The notes under the pieces: model-generated | Seen by the model: the letters and a program-made list of their open reading frames with translations, nothing else | Told to the model about the DNA's origin: nothing | Databases searched by the model: none | In this document: positions 1 to 7,515 of the stretch, in pieces | Layout: each line of letters starts with the position of its first letter | Position numbering within the stretch: the first letter of the stretch is position 1 | IMG/VR virus record: IMGVR_UViG_3300006193_000048 | Span: 1-25,523 of that record | Length of the DNA: 25,523 nt | Strand: one strand, 5' to 3' | Origin: a virus | Taxonomy: Duplodnaviria > Caudoviricetes | Position numbers and translations under genes: made by a program

Positions 1-945
1 GCGCGTATTGATGCTCTGGCCTTAACTATTCACCCAATGCTCGCTATGGACGCTACGCGCATTCCTAGAGGCCATCAACCCGTAGTTCGTCCCGGTAAAA
101 TGATATTGACTAACGGACCACCTAGAGAAGTCCTACAAGAATTTAACTTTGGTAACGTAAATCAAATAACCTTCTCACAAGCCGCAGAACTACAAAAAAT
201 GGTACAACAGTCTACCGGAGCAGTAGACGGGGCTGAATTTGCACAAGGAATGGGTAGTAACAACAAGACTGGAGCTACTTCTATGGCTTTAGGGAGCATT
301 ATTAAGCGTCAAAAGCGTACTTTAATTAGCTTTCAAGACGGATTTTGGTTACCCTTTGTCACTAAAGCTGCCCACAGATACATGCAGTTTGACCCTGATA
401 ATTACCCCGTAAAGGACTATAAGTTCCTTGCAGAGTCCACTTTAGGGCTTATGGGCAAAGAATATCAAGTCTCACAGCTAGTACAGTTGCTTCAGACTAC
501 TTCAGACCAATCCCCTATGTACGGGAGCATTGTAGAGGCAATTGTTGACAACATGAACTTAGACAACGGAGAGGCTTTAAAAGCAGACCTTAAGAAAGCA
601 GCAGAACCTAACCCAGAAAAAGTAGAAATGGAAAAGCAGATGCACGAAATGCAGATGCAAATGCAAGTTCAGCAAATTGAGGTTCTTAAAGCGCAAGCCG
701 CTGAAAGCAACGCCAGAGCTAATAAATACACTGTTGAAGCTGACTTAGAGCCTAGAAAGATTGAAAATGAGCGAATTGACGCTGTTACTGACGTTAAAGC
801 AGGTGTAACTAAAGAAGAATTTACACAAAGGCTACAAATTGCAGACACTCAGCTTAAAGAACGTAAACTGGACATAGAGGAGAAACGGATAAATCTGGAC
901 TCAGCAATACGACTATCTCAGTCTCAACAAACTAGAAATAACTAA
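1..945 (+). CDS. Portal protein, C-terminal part (5' truncated by window edge)
   Basis: The frame is open from base 1 (ARIDALALTIHPM...). The sequence is podovirus portal-like with a long Q/E/M-rich C-terminal coiled coil (barrel). It sits directly upstream of scaffold and capsid. Confidence 0.85.
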   Translation, partial: ARIDALALTIHPMLAMDATRIPRGHQPVVRPGKMILTNGPPREVLQEFNFGNVNQITFSQAAELQKMVQQSTGAVDGAEFAQGMGSNNKTGATSMALGSIIKRQKRTLISFQDGFWLPFVTKAAHRYMQFDPDNYPVKDYKFLAESTLGLMGKEYQVSQLVQLLQTTSDQSPMYGSIVEAIVDNMNLDNGEALKADLKKAAEPNPEKVEMEKQMHEMQMQMQVQQIEVLKAQAAESNARANKYTVEADLEPRKIENERIDAVTDVKAGVTKEEFTQRLQIADTQLKERKLDIEEKRINLDSAIRLSQSQQTRNN

Positions 946-959
946 AGAGGGATATACTT

Positions 960-1094
960 ATGCTTATGCGTGGTGATTTAAACAAGATTTTAGAAGAAGT
1001 TAACGGTCTTTTAGAGGAGATTCATGTCCAACTTAAAGACATGACTGCTCGTTTAGACAGCGTAGAACAAAAACAAGAAAAAACTAAAAAATAA
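960..1094 (+). CDS. Small coiled-coil hypothetical protein, 44 aa (not in ORF track)
   Basis: Hand translation gives MLMRGDLNKILEEVNGLLEEIHVQLKDMTARLDSVEQKQEKTKK*. GAGGG SD lies upstream, it fills the gap after the portal, and it shows a heptad pattern. Confidence 0.7.
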   Translation: MLMRGDLNKILEEVNGLLEEIHVQLKDMTARLDSVEQKQEKTKK

Positions 1095-1115
1095 AGACAC
1101 ATTTTAAGTAAACTG

Positions 1116-1124
1116 TGGTATACT
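1116..1124 (+). promoter_or_regulatory. Putative sigma70 extended -10 promoter (TGgTATACT)
   Basis: TG at 1116-1117 and TATACT at 1119-1124, in a 77-bp AT-rich intergenic gap ahead of the head operon. There is no good -35 at 17-bp spacing. Confidence 0.5.
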
Positions 1125-1140
1125 GGGTGTAATACCTGTA

Positions 1141-1169
1141 TATCCTCATACCCTTTGGCAAGGAGGATA
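1141..1169 (+). promoter_or_regulatory. Hairpin overlapping the Shine-Dalgarno of the 1172 ORF
   Basis: TATCCTC (1141-1147) is the exact reverse complement of GAGGATA (1163-1169). There is an inner CTT/AAG stem with a TGGC loop. The SD AGGAGG is at 1161-1166. Confidence 0.45.
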
Positions 1170-1171
1170 CT

Positions 1172-1423
1172 ATGGAAAATAAAGAAGTAGAAGACCTTAC
1201 GGATGAAGACTACTTCGCCTACATGAAAGAGATGTTTAAGACTAAAGGCTGGAGCATACTACTGCTTGAGCTAGAAGACCAAACTGCTTTTATAGGTGAT
1301 ATTAGAGACATATCAAATAACGATAACCTACATTTTCGTAAAGGTCAAATAAACACTATTGACAAAATGCTTTGTTTTCAGGAAACCCTTTTAAGGGCTG
1401 AGGAGGAGGCGTTAGATGTATGA
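1172..1423 (+). CDS. Phage hypothetical protein (portal-to-scaffold region)
   Basis: AGGAGG SD. Carries F.T.GW and LHFRKGQ motifs typical of the small gene found after podovirus portals. ATGA overlap with the next gene. Confidence 0.75.
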   Translation: MENKEVEDLTDEDYFAYMKEMFKTKGWSILLLELEDQTAFIGDIRDISNNDNLHFRKGQINTIDKMLCFQETLLRAEEEALDV

Positions 1424-1662
1424 AAGTGCTAAATGATTTTTATTGTACCTTTTGCGGTACAACCATGTACGACCAACTATTAGATAACGAGACTGTAACA
1501 GTAGATTGCCTTACCTGTAACAAACTTGCTAATAAAGTGCAACACATCCCTAAATTTGTTTTACCCGGAAACGATGCCGCTGGTTTTCCTACAGCGCACG
1601 ATAAATGGGTAAAGAATCGGGAACAAAAAATTGCATTAGAAAAGAAAGCCGACAATTCCTAA
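1420..1662 (+). CDS. Zinc-ribbon protein (FmdB-like)
   Basis: Contains DFYCTFCG...DCLTCN (two CxxC). GGAGG SD; translationally coupled to the upstream gene. Confidence 0.7.
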   Translation: MKVLNDFYCTFCGTTMYDQLLDNETVTVDCLTCNKLANKVQHIPKFVLPGNDAAGFPTAHDKWVKNREQKIALEKKADNS

Positions 1663-1681
1663 ATGGACCGGAGATTTAATT

Positions 1682-2485
1682 ATGGCAGCAGAGATACTAG
1701 ATACTTATGAAGACACTCAAAATACAGATGATTTAGTTAGCAAAGGTGAAGACACGTTAGACAATACTCTATCGTTTGAACCTGAAGCAACAGCCCCAGA
1801 GCCTACTATTGAATATGAGCTTCCTGAAAAATACAGGGGAAAAAGCATTCAAGAGGTAGTAGGTATGCACCAACAAGCTGAAAAGCTAATTGGTTCACAA
1901 GGGTCAGAAGTAGGCGAACTTCGTAAAGTAGTAGACGGTTATATACATAACCAATCTCAACCACAAAACCAAACGCCTGAACCAGAGTCACTAGATTTTT
2001 TTGAAGACCCTGCAAAGGCAGTAAGTCACGCGATAGAAACACATCCTGATGTGGTGAACGCTAAACAGCAAGCTCAAGTGATGAAGCGAACATCCTCGCT
2101 AAATCAACTGCAACAGAAACACCCTGACATGCAGCAAGTTCTGCAAGCCCCTGCTTTTACTGAGTGGGTACAAGGGTCACCTGTTCGCATGGAGCTTTAC
2201 CAACGTGCAGACCAAGGTTATGACTTTAATGCCGCTGATGAACTTGTCAGCAACTTTAAAGAACGTACTTCGGTTGCTCGACAAGCTGTTCAGAATGAAA
2301 CACAAGCTAGACAAGCCGCCGTTAAACAAGCCTCTACAGGCTCTGTAAGTGGCAGTGGTAACTCAGGTAGTAAACGTATTTATCGTAGGGCTGACATAAT
2401 TAAACTGATGAAAACAGACCCTGACCGCTATGAAGCACTCAATCCTGAGATTATGCTGGCGTATCAAGAGGGTCGCGTTAAATAA
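1682..2485 (+). CDS. Capsid scaffolding protein
   Basis: Acidic N-terminus, LPEKYRGKS...GELRK motif, helical Q/A-rich middle and C-terminal AYQEGRVK capsid-binding-type tail. Lies immediately upstream of the capsid gene. Confidence 0.85.
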   Translation: MAAEILDTYEDTQNTDDLVSKGEDTLDNTLSFEPEATAPEPTIEYELPEKYRGKSIQEVVGMHQQAEKLIGSQGSEVGELRKVVDGYIHNQSQPQNQTPEPESLDFFEDPAKAVSHAIETHPDVVNAKQQAQVMKRTSSLNQLQQKHPDMQQVLQAPAFTEWVQGSPVRMELYQRADQGYDFNAADELVSNFKERTSVARQAVQNETQARQAAVKQASTGSVSGSGNSGSKRIYRRADIIKLMKTDPDRYEALNPEIMLAYQEGRVK

Positions 2486-2505
2486 CCTTTTAGGAGTCAT
2501 ATAAC

Positions 2506-3468
2506 ATGGCAGCATTTCCCGCAACACCACAAGTAAGTTCAATTCCTGGCCCCGGTGGAAACACTGGTACAGCCGCTACTTTTATCCCCCAAATTTGGTC
2601 GGATGAAGTCATCGCTGAGTACGAGAAGTCTCTTGTCCTCGCTAACCTTGTTAAAAAAATGTCCATGAAAGGAAAGAAAGGTGATGTTATTCACGTTCCT
2701 TCTCCCATCCGTGGTAACGCTTCTGTTAAGGCGTCAGCTACTTCTGTAACTTTGCTTGCAGACGTTGAAAACGAACTGATTATTAATATCGACCAACACT
2801 GGGAATACTCCCGTATGATTGAAGATATTACTGAAGTTCAGGCTTTGGCTAGTCTTCGTAGGTTCTACACTTCTGACGCTGGCTATGCACTAGCACGACA
2901 GGCCGATTCTTCTTTGTTTACCCTTGGTACACAGTTGGGTGACGGAAACGGTACTAGCTGGGTTCACAGTCAGTCTATTATGCCTTCTGTCCCTGCTGCT
3001 GGCGTTGGTGGTTCAACCCCTTACGTAGCAACTGGCGTACCCGCTGCTAACGTTTTTACTGACGGTACTTTCCGTAACGCTTTGCAGATTCTGGATGACA
3101 ACGATGTGCCGATGACTGGCCGTTTCTTTGTAATCCCACCTAGCCTCTGTAATGACATTCGTGGCATTGAGCGTTACAACTCTACTGACTTTGTAAATAA
3201 CAAAGGAACAGTCTCCGGTAAAATTGGTGAGCTGTACGGCGTAGATATTTACGTCAGCACTAACGTACCTGTTGTTCGAGCAGCTTCTGGCGAACGTGGC
3301 GCACTGTTGGCTCACAAGGACGCTTACGTTCTTGCAGAGCAAGTTGGTGTACGTTCACAGACACAGTACAAGCAAGAGTTTCTTAGCACTCTGTACACCG
3401 CTGACCGTCTGTTTGGTCGCGCTTGCTACCGTCCTGAGTCTGGCGTTAACGTTGTAGTTAACAACTAG
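2506..3468 (+). CDS. Major capsid protein (HK97 fold)
   Basis: 320 aa with FIPQIWS, GDVIHVP, LDDNDVP..GRFFVIPP and GKIGELYGVDIYVS motifs. Strong AGGAG SD, highly biased codons (CGT, GGT, AAC), followed by a terminator-like hairpin. Confidence 0.92.
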   Translation: MAAFPATPQVSSIPGPGGNTGTAATFIPQIWSDEVIAEYEKSLVLANLVKKMSMKGKKGDVIHVPSPIRGNASVKASATSVTLLADVENELIINIDQHWEYSRMIEDITEVQALASLRRFYTSDAGYALARQADSSLFTLGTQLGDGNGTSWVHSQSIMPSVPAAGVGGSTPYVATGVPAANVFTDGTFRNALQILDDNDVPMTGRFFVIPPSLCNDIRGIERYNSTDFVNNKGTVSGKIGELYGVDIYVSTNVPVVRAASGERGALLAHKDAYVLAEQVGVRSQTQYKQEFLSTLYTADRLFGRACYRPESGVNVVVNN

Positions 3469-3484
3469 ACCATACCACAATAAT

Positions 3485-3548
3485 GCCCTTCCTCTCTTTG
3501 ACTTTTTCGGTAACCGGAGAAGACTGAGGGGCGGGGCTTTTTACTTTT
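3485..3548 (+). terminator. Long hairpin with U-tract after the capsid gene (intrinsic terminator)
   Basis: Outer stem GCCCTTCCTC / GAGGGGCGGGGC, inner stem CTTTTTCGG-TAA-CCGGAGAAG (with GU pairs), then TTTTTACTTTT. Confidence 0.7.
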
Positions 3549-3564
3549 AACAAGGAGAATTATC

Positions 3565-3756
3565 ATGGCTTATACAACAGCCTTCCGTAGTACCGTACAA
3601 GATGTTTCTGACCGTTCAATCCGCAATATGTGGACTTCTTCTGTAGGCACTGAAGTTGTACAACAAAACACTACAGTTTACTGGCGAGCTGCTGGAGCAA
3701 CTCAAACAAAAGCCGTAACTGAAGCATGGACAACCTCAACAACAACCCCCGCATAA
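3565..3756 (+). CDS. Small Thr-rich virion protein, possible capsid decoration
   Basis: AAGGAG SD. 63 aa, Thr/Ser/Val-rich, first gene after the capsid. The function is inferred from position. Confidence 0.7.
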   Translation: MAYTTAFRSTVQDVSDRSIRNMWTSSVGTEVVQQNTTVYWRAAGATQTKAVTEAWTTSTTTPA

Positions 3757-3768
3757 GGAGTATAACGT

Positions 3769-3945
3769 ATGGCAGTTCAAACTATAAATACTGTAAAAGA
3801 AACGTCAAGTAATAAAGTACGTTCTGTACGTAACGTAATAAACACAGCAACAATTAATGATACAGGAGTAGCTTCTCCGTATTACCACATCCCCTCTGGA
3901 GGTTCTGCAACAACAGTTTATCCTGTTACTTGGACACTTTCTTAA
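3769..3945 (+). CDS. Small Thr-rich protein, 58 aa, probable paralog of 3565-3756 (not in ORF track)
   Basis: Hand translation gives MAVQTINTVKETSSNKVRSVRNVINTATINDTGVASPYYHIPSGGSATTVYPVTWTLS*. TAAGGAG SD overlaps the previous stop codon. Confidence 0.75.
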   Translation: MAVQTINTVKETSSNKVRSVRNVINTATINDTGVASPYYHIPSGGSATTVYPVTWTLS

Positions 3946-3958
3946 TTAACTAAAAAAT

Positions 3959-3991
3959 AATTGTTGTCTACTTCTAAAGTAGGCAGCAATT
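3959..3991. terminator. 15-bp hairpin, possible (bidirectional) terminator or processing site
   Basis: AATTGTTGTCTACTT-CTA-AAGTAGGCAGCAATT with 2 GU pairs on the + strand. A-rich upstream and T/A-rich downstream. Confidence 0.5.
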
Positions 3992-4022
3992 TAATTACTA
4001 TTATCACTGCTAAGGAAACCTA

Positions 4023-6110
4023 ATGACTACAAGACAACTATTACTAGAGACAGGTATTTCTTATCTTCCTGCGTCTGCAACACAAGGTTCACTACAAAGT
4101 CTTGCTTATGATGCAACATCAAATCAATTAGTTGCGGCTAGTGACTCCGGCGTAAGTTTTGGCGTTAACAATTTGTCTGGATTTTCCTCCGCGCAGTCTG
4201 AGCTTAGGGCCTTTTTTAGCGACTTTCATGCTGATTTAAGTAGCGTTAATACAACTGAATTAGAAGTAAATGCCGCCTCTGACACTGAGGACGTTGTTTA
4301 CGTTATTAATAACTTTAATGATACTACTGATATAGTCACTGTTTATAAACTTATCCCAAACCCGTCCTTATCAGGCAAGTGGCAGATTACATCTTTCAAT
4401 ATAGCGCCGTCGCATACAGAGTTTAACCCAGACGCTGCCGTAGTCATTGGGGGGACTCTTTATTTTGGTGGCAAACCAAGTGGCACGTCTAACGGTAACC
4501 GTTCAATTGTTGAATACAATTATACTACCAATTCATATCCAAACGTAGGAACGCCTGCATTCACATTTAACGCCGAAGCGGGAAAACTTGAAGGGCTTTC
4601 GTATGACGGCACTTACCTCTATGGCTTAATAAGAGCGTCAAACGGAAATTTAGATATTGTTGAGCAATGGTTATGGAGCGCGACACCTGCTGATAGAGTG
4701 CTAGTGCAGGTATTTGACTTGTATGACGTTCCTGTATTTAAGACCTTGCGGGACGAAAATGTGGCAGAGGGCAGGACGGCATCTGATGGGTCTTGGAAGC
4801 CACACGCAATAGAAAAAACACCTAATGTGCTGTGGGTAGGCAATAACTCACGCAACCTTCTAGTGGACGGTGTGCCTGTTCCTGCAAACGCTTATTCGGT
4901 AATTGTACCCACAACGTCTAATCTTTCTTCTGATATTAAATTCTTAACAACACTCCAGCAAGCAAGAAATACAAATACATCTCAACCTCAAGTGCAAAAA
5001 GGCATTCAAATTGCCGGGATGCCAGATTCAAAGAATCTGTCGGCAATCACTTATTCTAATAGTGGTGCTGCATTTAATGGAACTTCCCGTGTGGATTTGT
5101 ATGGTACCAACATGGTTCAGACAGGCGGCTGGAGCATCGCTATGACAGTAGTAGCGAGTGCTGCTCCTGTTAGTACTTCAGGAGCGTTAGCTATAAAATA
5201 TAGCAGTTCAAATTCATATTTGCGCGTTAATACAGATTTGAGCTGGCTGTTTCGCTGGAACGGCGTAAGTATGAGTTCAAGTGTAGGTAACGGCCCTGCA
5301 TTAAATAAACAACAACGTCTTTTTATGGAGTATGACGCAGTAGGCGGTACGTTGTATCTTTCTGTTACTGACGTAAATAATGCAGTGCCAACTGTTATTG
5401 CTTCTAATAGTGTCTCAGCGCCAAGTGAAGCACCTGTAAAATTTTCAATAGGAGATAAAGATACTTCAGGCACACCATCTCCGACAAATGGGGGTTGGGT
5501 TGGGGCAATTAAAGATTTTGTTATTTACAACAAAGACATGAATTTAAGAGGAAGCGGTGTTGAGCCTCTTTTTGTTAACTCTGCTACTTTAATTACACAA
5601 AACACATGGCATGGCAACCCTAGAGGAACAGTAGTTTATGCAGACTCAGCTTACGTAAATACAGTTACTTCACCTTACATTAAACGAGAAAGAAAAGGAA
5701 CTGGTTCAATTGTTCCTACGTATGTGTTTAGTCAAGGTCTTGCACCTATGGTGCTTACTCCTGCGATTCCTTTATATCTATTTTCATTACCGTATACAAC
5801 AGTTGTTTCCTTAGCGTGGTCAGTACCTTTACTTCCTTCGGGTGTTTGGTCGCAAGGAACAACTCTTACTTTTAATGTTACAAATACTCGTAGCCCAGCT
5901 ACCGAAAGTGACACATTAACAGTTACCATTCCAAGAAACGTTACGGCAGATAAAATACCTTCAGTGCTAGCAGCTTTAATAAATAATAGTGGGACGGCAT
6001 TTTTAGCAGGCTCGTCAGGCGCTATTTTGTTAATAAGCCGTCTAGGTTTTGATAACCCAAGCGACAACACGGCGTGTATTTTTACTTCTATAACTATAAC
6101 CACCCCATAA
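4023..6110 (+). CDS. Putative virion adhesion protein: beta-propeller-like N-terminus, LamG/ConA-like domain, beta-rich C-terminus
   Basis: Blade-like motifs SLAYDATSNQLV, GLSYDGTYLYG, GGTLYFG and PNVLWVG. LamG-like segment AFNGTS...WSI...WVGAIKDFVIYN at about 5070-5540. Ser/Thr-rich; AAGGA SD. Confidence 0.55.
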   Translation: MTTRQLLLETGISYLPASATQGSLQSLAYDATSNQLVAASDSGVSFGVNNLSGFSSAQSELRAFFSDFHADLSSVNTTELEVNAASDTEDVVYVINNFNDTTDIVTVYKLIPNPSLSGKWQITSFNIAPSHTEFNPDAAVVIGGTLYFGGKPSGTSNGNRSIVEYNYTTNSYPNVGTPAFTFNAEAGKLEGLSYDGTYLYGLIRASNGNLDIVEQWLWSATPADRVLVQVFDLYDVPVFKTLRDENVAEGRTASDGSWKPHAIEKTPNVLWVGNNSRNLLVDGVPVPANAYSVIVPTTSNLSSDIKFLTTLQQARNTNTSQPQVQKGIQIAGMPDSKNLSAITYSNSGAAFNGTSRVDLYGTNMVQTGGWSIAMTVVASAAPVSTSGALAIKYSSSNSYLRVNTDLSWLFRWNGVSMSSSVGNGPALNKQQRLFMEYDAVGGTLYLSVTDVNNAVPTVIASNSVSAPSEAPVKFSIGDKDTSGTPSPTNGGWVGAIKDFVIYNKDMNLRGSGVEPLFVNSATLITQNTWHGNPRGTVVYADSAYVNTVTSPYIKRERKGTGSIVPTYVFSQGLAPMVLTPAIPLYLFSLPYTTVVSLAWSVPLLPSGVWSQGTTLTFNVTNTRSPATESDTLTVTIPRNVTADKIPSVLAALINNSGTAFLAGSSGAILLISRLGFDNPSDNTACIFTSITITTP

Positions 6111-6122
6111 GGAGTTTACCGC

Positions 6123-7481
6123 ATGGCCGTTGTAATTCAAACAAAAAACAATGCAACAGGAACACCTGCATCTTTAGCTGTCGGAGAATTAGCTGTAAAC
6201 ACTACAGACGGAAAACTCTGGGTAGGGTCTACGGCTGGTGGTGTTATTAGTTTAAACGATAGTCTTCTTCCTCTAGACAACACATGGACAGGAAACAACA
6301 CGTTTACTGGAAACAACACGTTTACTGGAAACAACACGTTTACTGGAACCGCGACACTTGTGGCAGGTACAATAAACGGAACCACAATAGGCGCGTCTAC
6401 TCCATCCACAGGTGCTTTTACAACTTTAGTTGCAACTTCTATTGGAGTGGCTTCACAAGGTTCAGGAAAGTTCACAACCCTTGAAGCAACTGGAAGCCTC
6501 CTAAGCAAAGGCGCTGGGCTTGATAGCTTTCGAGCTGGGCCGGGTGCAGGAGTTACTTCGCAAGGCAGTTTTGCTGTCGCTATTGGTAATAGAGCAGGAA
6601 AAACTACGCAAGCAACTTTAGCCGTTGCTATTGGTACTAAAGCAGGAGAAACTACGCAAGGCCGTACCTCCATTGCTATTGGATACGAAGCAGGACAAAC
6701 TACGCAAAGCGTTGACTCCATTGCTATTGGATACCAAGCAGGAGAAACTACGCAAGGCAGTAGTGGCGGATGCATTGCTGTTGGATACCAAGCAGGACAA
6801 ACTACGCAAGGCACTACCTCCATTGCTATTGGATACCAGGCAGGAGAAGTTACACAGGGACTGGATGGGGTATCTATTGGTACTAAGGCAGGTAACACTA
6901 CGCAGGGGCATCGCGCAATTGCAATTGGATTCCAAGCAGGAGAGGATACACAAGGTACAGGAGCCATAGCAATAGGATACAAAGCAGGAGAGATAAGTCA
7001 AAGTACAGGAGCCATAGCAATAGGAAACAGAGCAGGAGAGAGTAATTCTCACACTAAGAGCATAATCATTAACGCTACCGATGCTGAACGGAACACTGTG
7101 ACAGCGGGCGACATTAGGCTTTTGTCAGGAGGCGGCACTCTCATCATGGCAGGTAATACTGGTAACTGGTTACACACAGGTTCGATGGGGTCTTCTTCTG
7201 ACATACGCCTGAAGGAGAACGTAGAGCCTATCACTGGCGCACTCGCTAAGGTAAACACCCTCAACGGCATAACCTTCTCGTACATAGAGAACGGCACAGT
7301 AGCCACTGGTCTGATAGGACAGGAAGTACAAGCTGTACTCCCCGAAGCTGTTATCGAAGACGAAGACGGCTACCTCGCTGTAGGATATGGAAACATGGTC
7401 GGCCTGCTTGTCGAGTCTATTAAGGAGCTTACACAAGCTAACCAAGAGTTAACAGATAGAGTTGAGGCGTTAGAAGCGTGA
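6123..7481 (+). CDS. Tail fibre / receptor-binding protein with beta-roll repeats and C-terminal intramolecular chaperone (peptidase S74)
   Basis: N-terminal LAVGELAVNTTDGKLWVG anchor motif, ten AIAIG..AG repeats, and the SDIRLKENV...GLIGQEVQAVLPEAV...VGYGNMVGLLVESIKEL chaperone signature with a terminal coiled coil. Confidence 0.88.
   Translation: MAVVIQTKNNATGTPASLAVGELAVNTTDGKLWVGSTAGGVISLNDSLLPLDNTWTGNNTFTGNNTFTGNNTFTGTATLVAGTINGTTIGASTPSTGAFTTLVATSIGVASQGSGKFTTLEATGSLLSKGAGLDSFRAGPGAGVTSQGSFAVAIGNRAGKTTQATLAVAIGTKAGETTQGRTSIAIGYEAGQTTQSVDSIAIGYQAGETTQGSSGGCIAVGYQAGQTTQGTTSIAIGYQAGEVTQGLDGVSIGTKAGNTTQGHRAIAIGFQAGEDTQGTGAIAIGYKAGEISQSTGAIAIGNRAGESNSHTKSIIINATDAERNTVTAGDIRLLSGGGTLIMAGNTGNWLHTGSMGSSSDIRLKENVEPITGALAKVNTLNGITFSYIENGTVATGLIGQEVQAVLPEAVIEDEDGYLAVGYGNMVGLLVESIKELTQANQELTDRVEALEA
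6291..6348 (+). repeat. Perfect 18-bp tandem repeat x3 (GGAAACAACACGTTTACT; GNNTFT)
   Basis: Copies at 6291, 6309 and 6327 plus a partial GGAA. Confidence 0.95.
6558..7043 (+). repeat. Ten 48-bp (16-aa) degenerate coding repeats, one unit 18 aa
   Basis: Consensus [TS]QGxx[SA]IAIGY[QK]AG[EQ]T. For example CTCCATTGCTATTGGATAC recurs at 6668 and 6716. Confidence 0.9.
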
Positions 7482-7515
7482 GCATTACATTAATTGACCG
7501 AATAGGAATCGTATA

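Noticed and set aside
3440-3483. T7 10B-style capsid frameshift or TAG readthrough extension
   Set aside because: No slippery heptamer is evident, and readthrough reaches TAA after four more codons.
6558-7043. Regularly spaced repeats as a CRISPR array
   Set aside because: The units are degenerate, in-frame and protein-coding, with no unique spacers. The Cas4-like gene is a common stand-alone phage nuclease.
6137-7052. Long antisense and alternate-frame ORFs over the tail fibre (281, 144 and 114 aa)
   Set aside because: They are shadows of the 48-bp coding repeats, have no SD and lie against the operon direction or out of frame.
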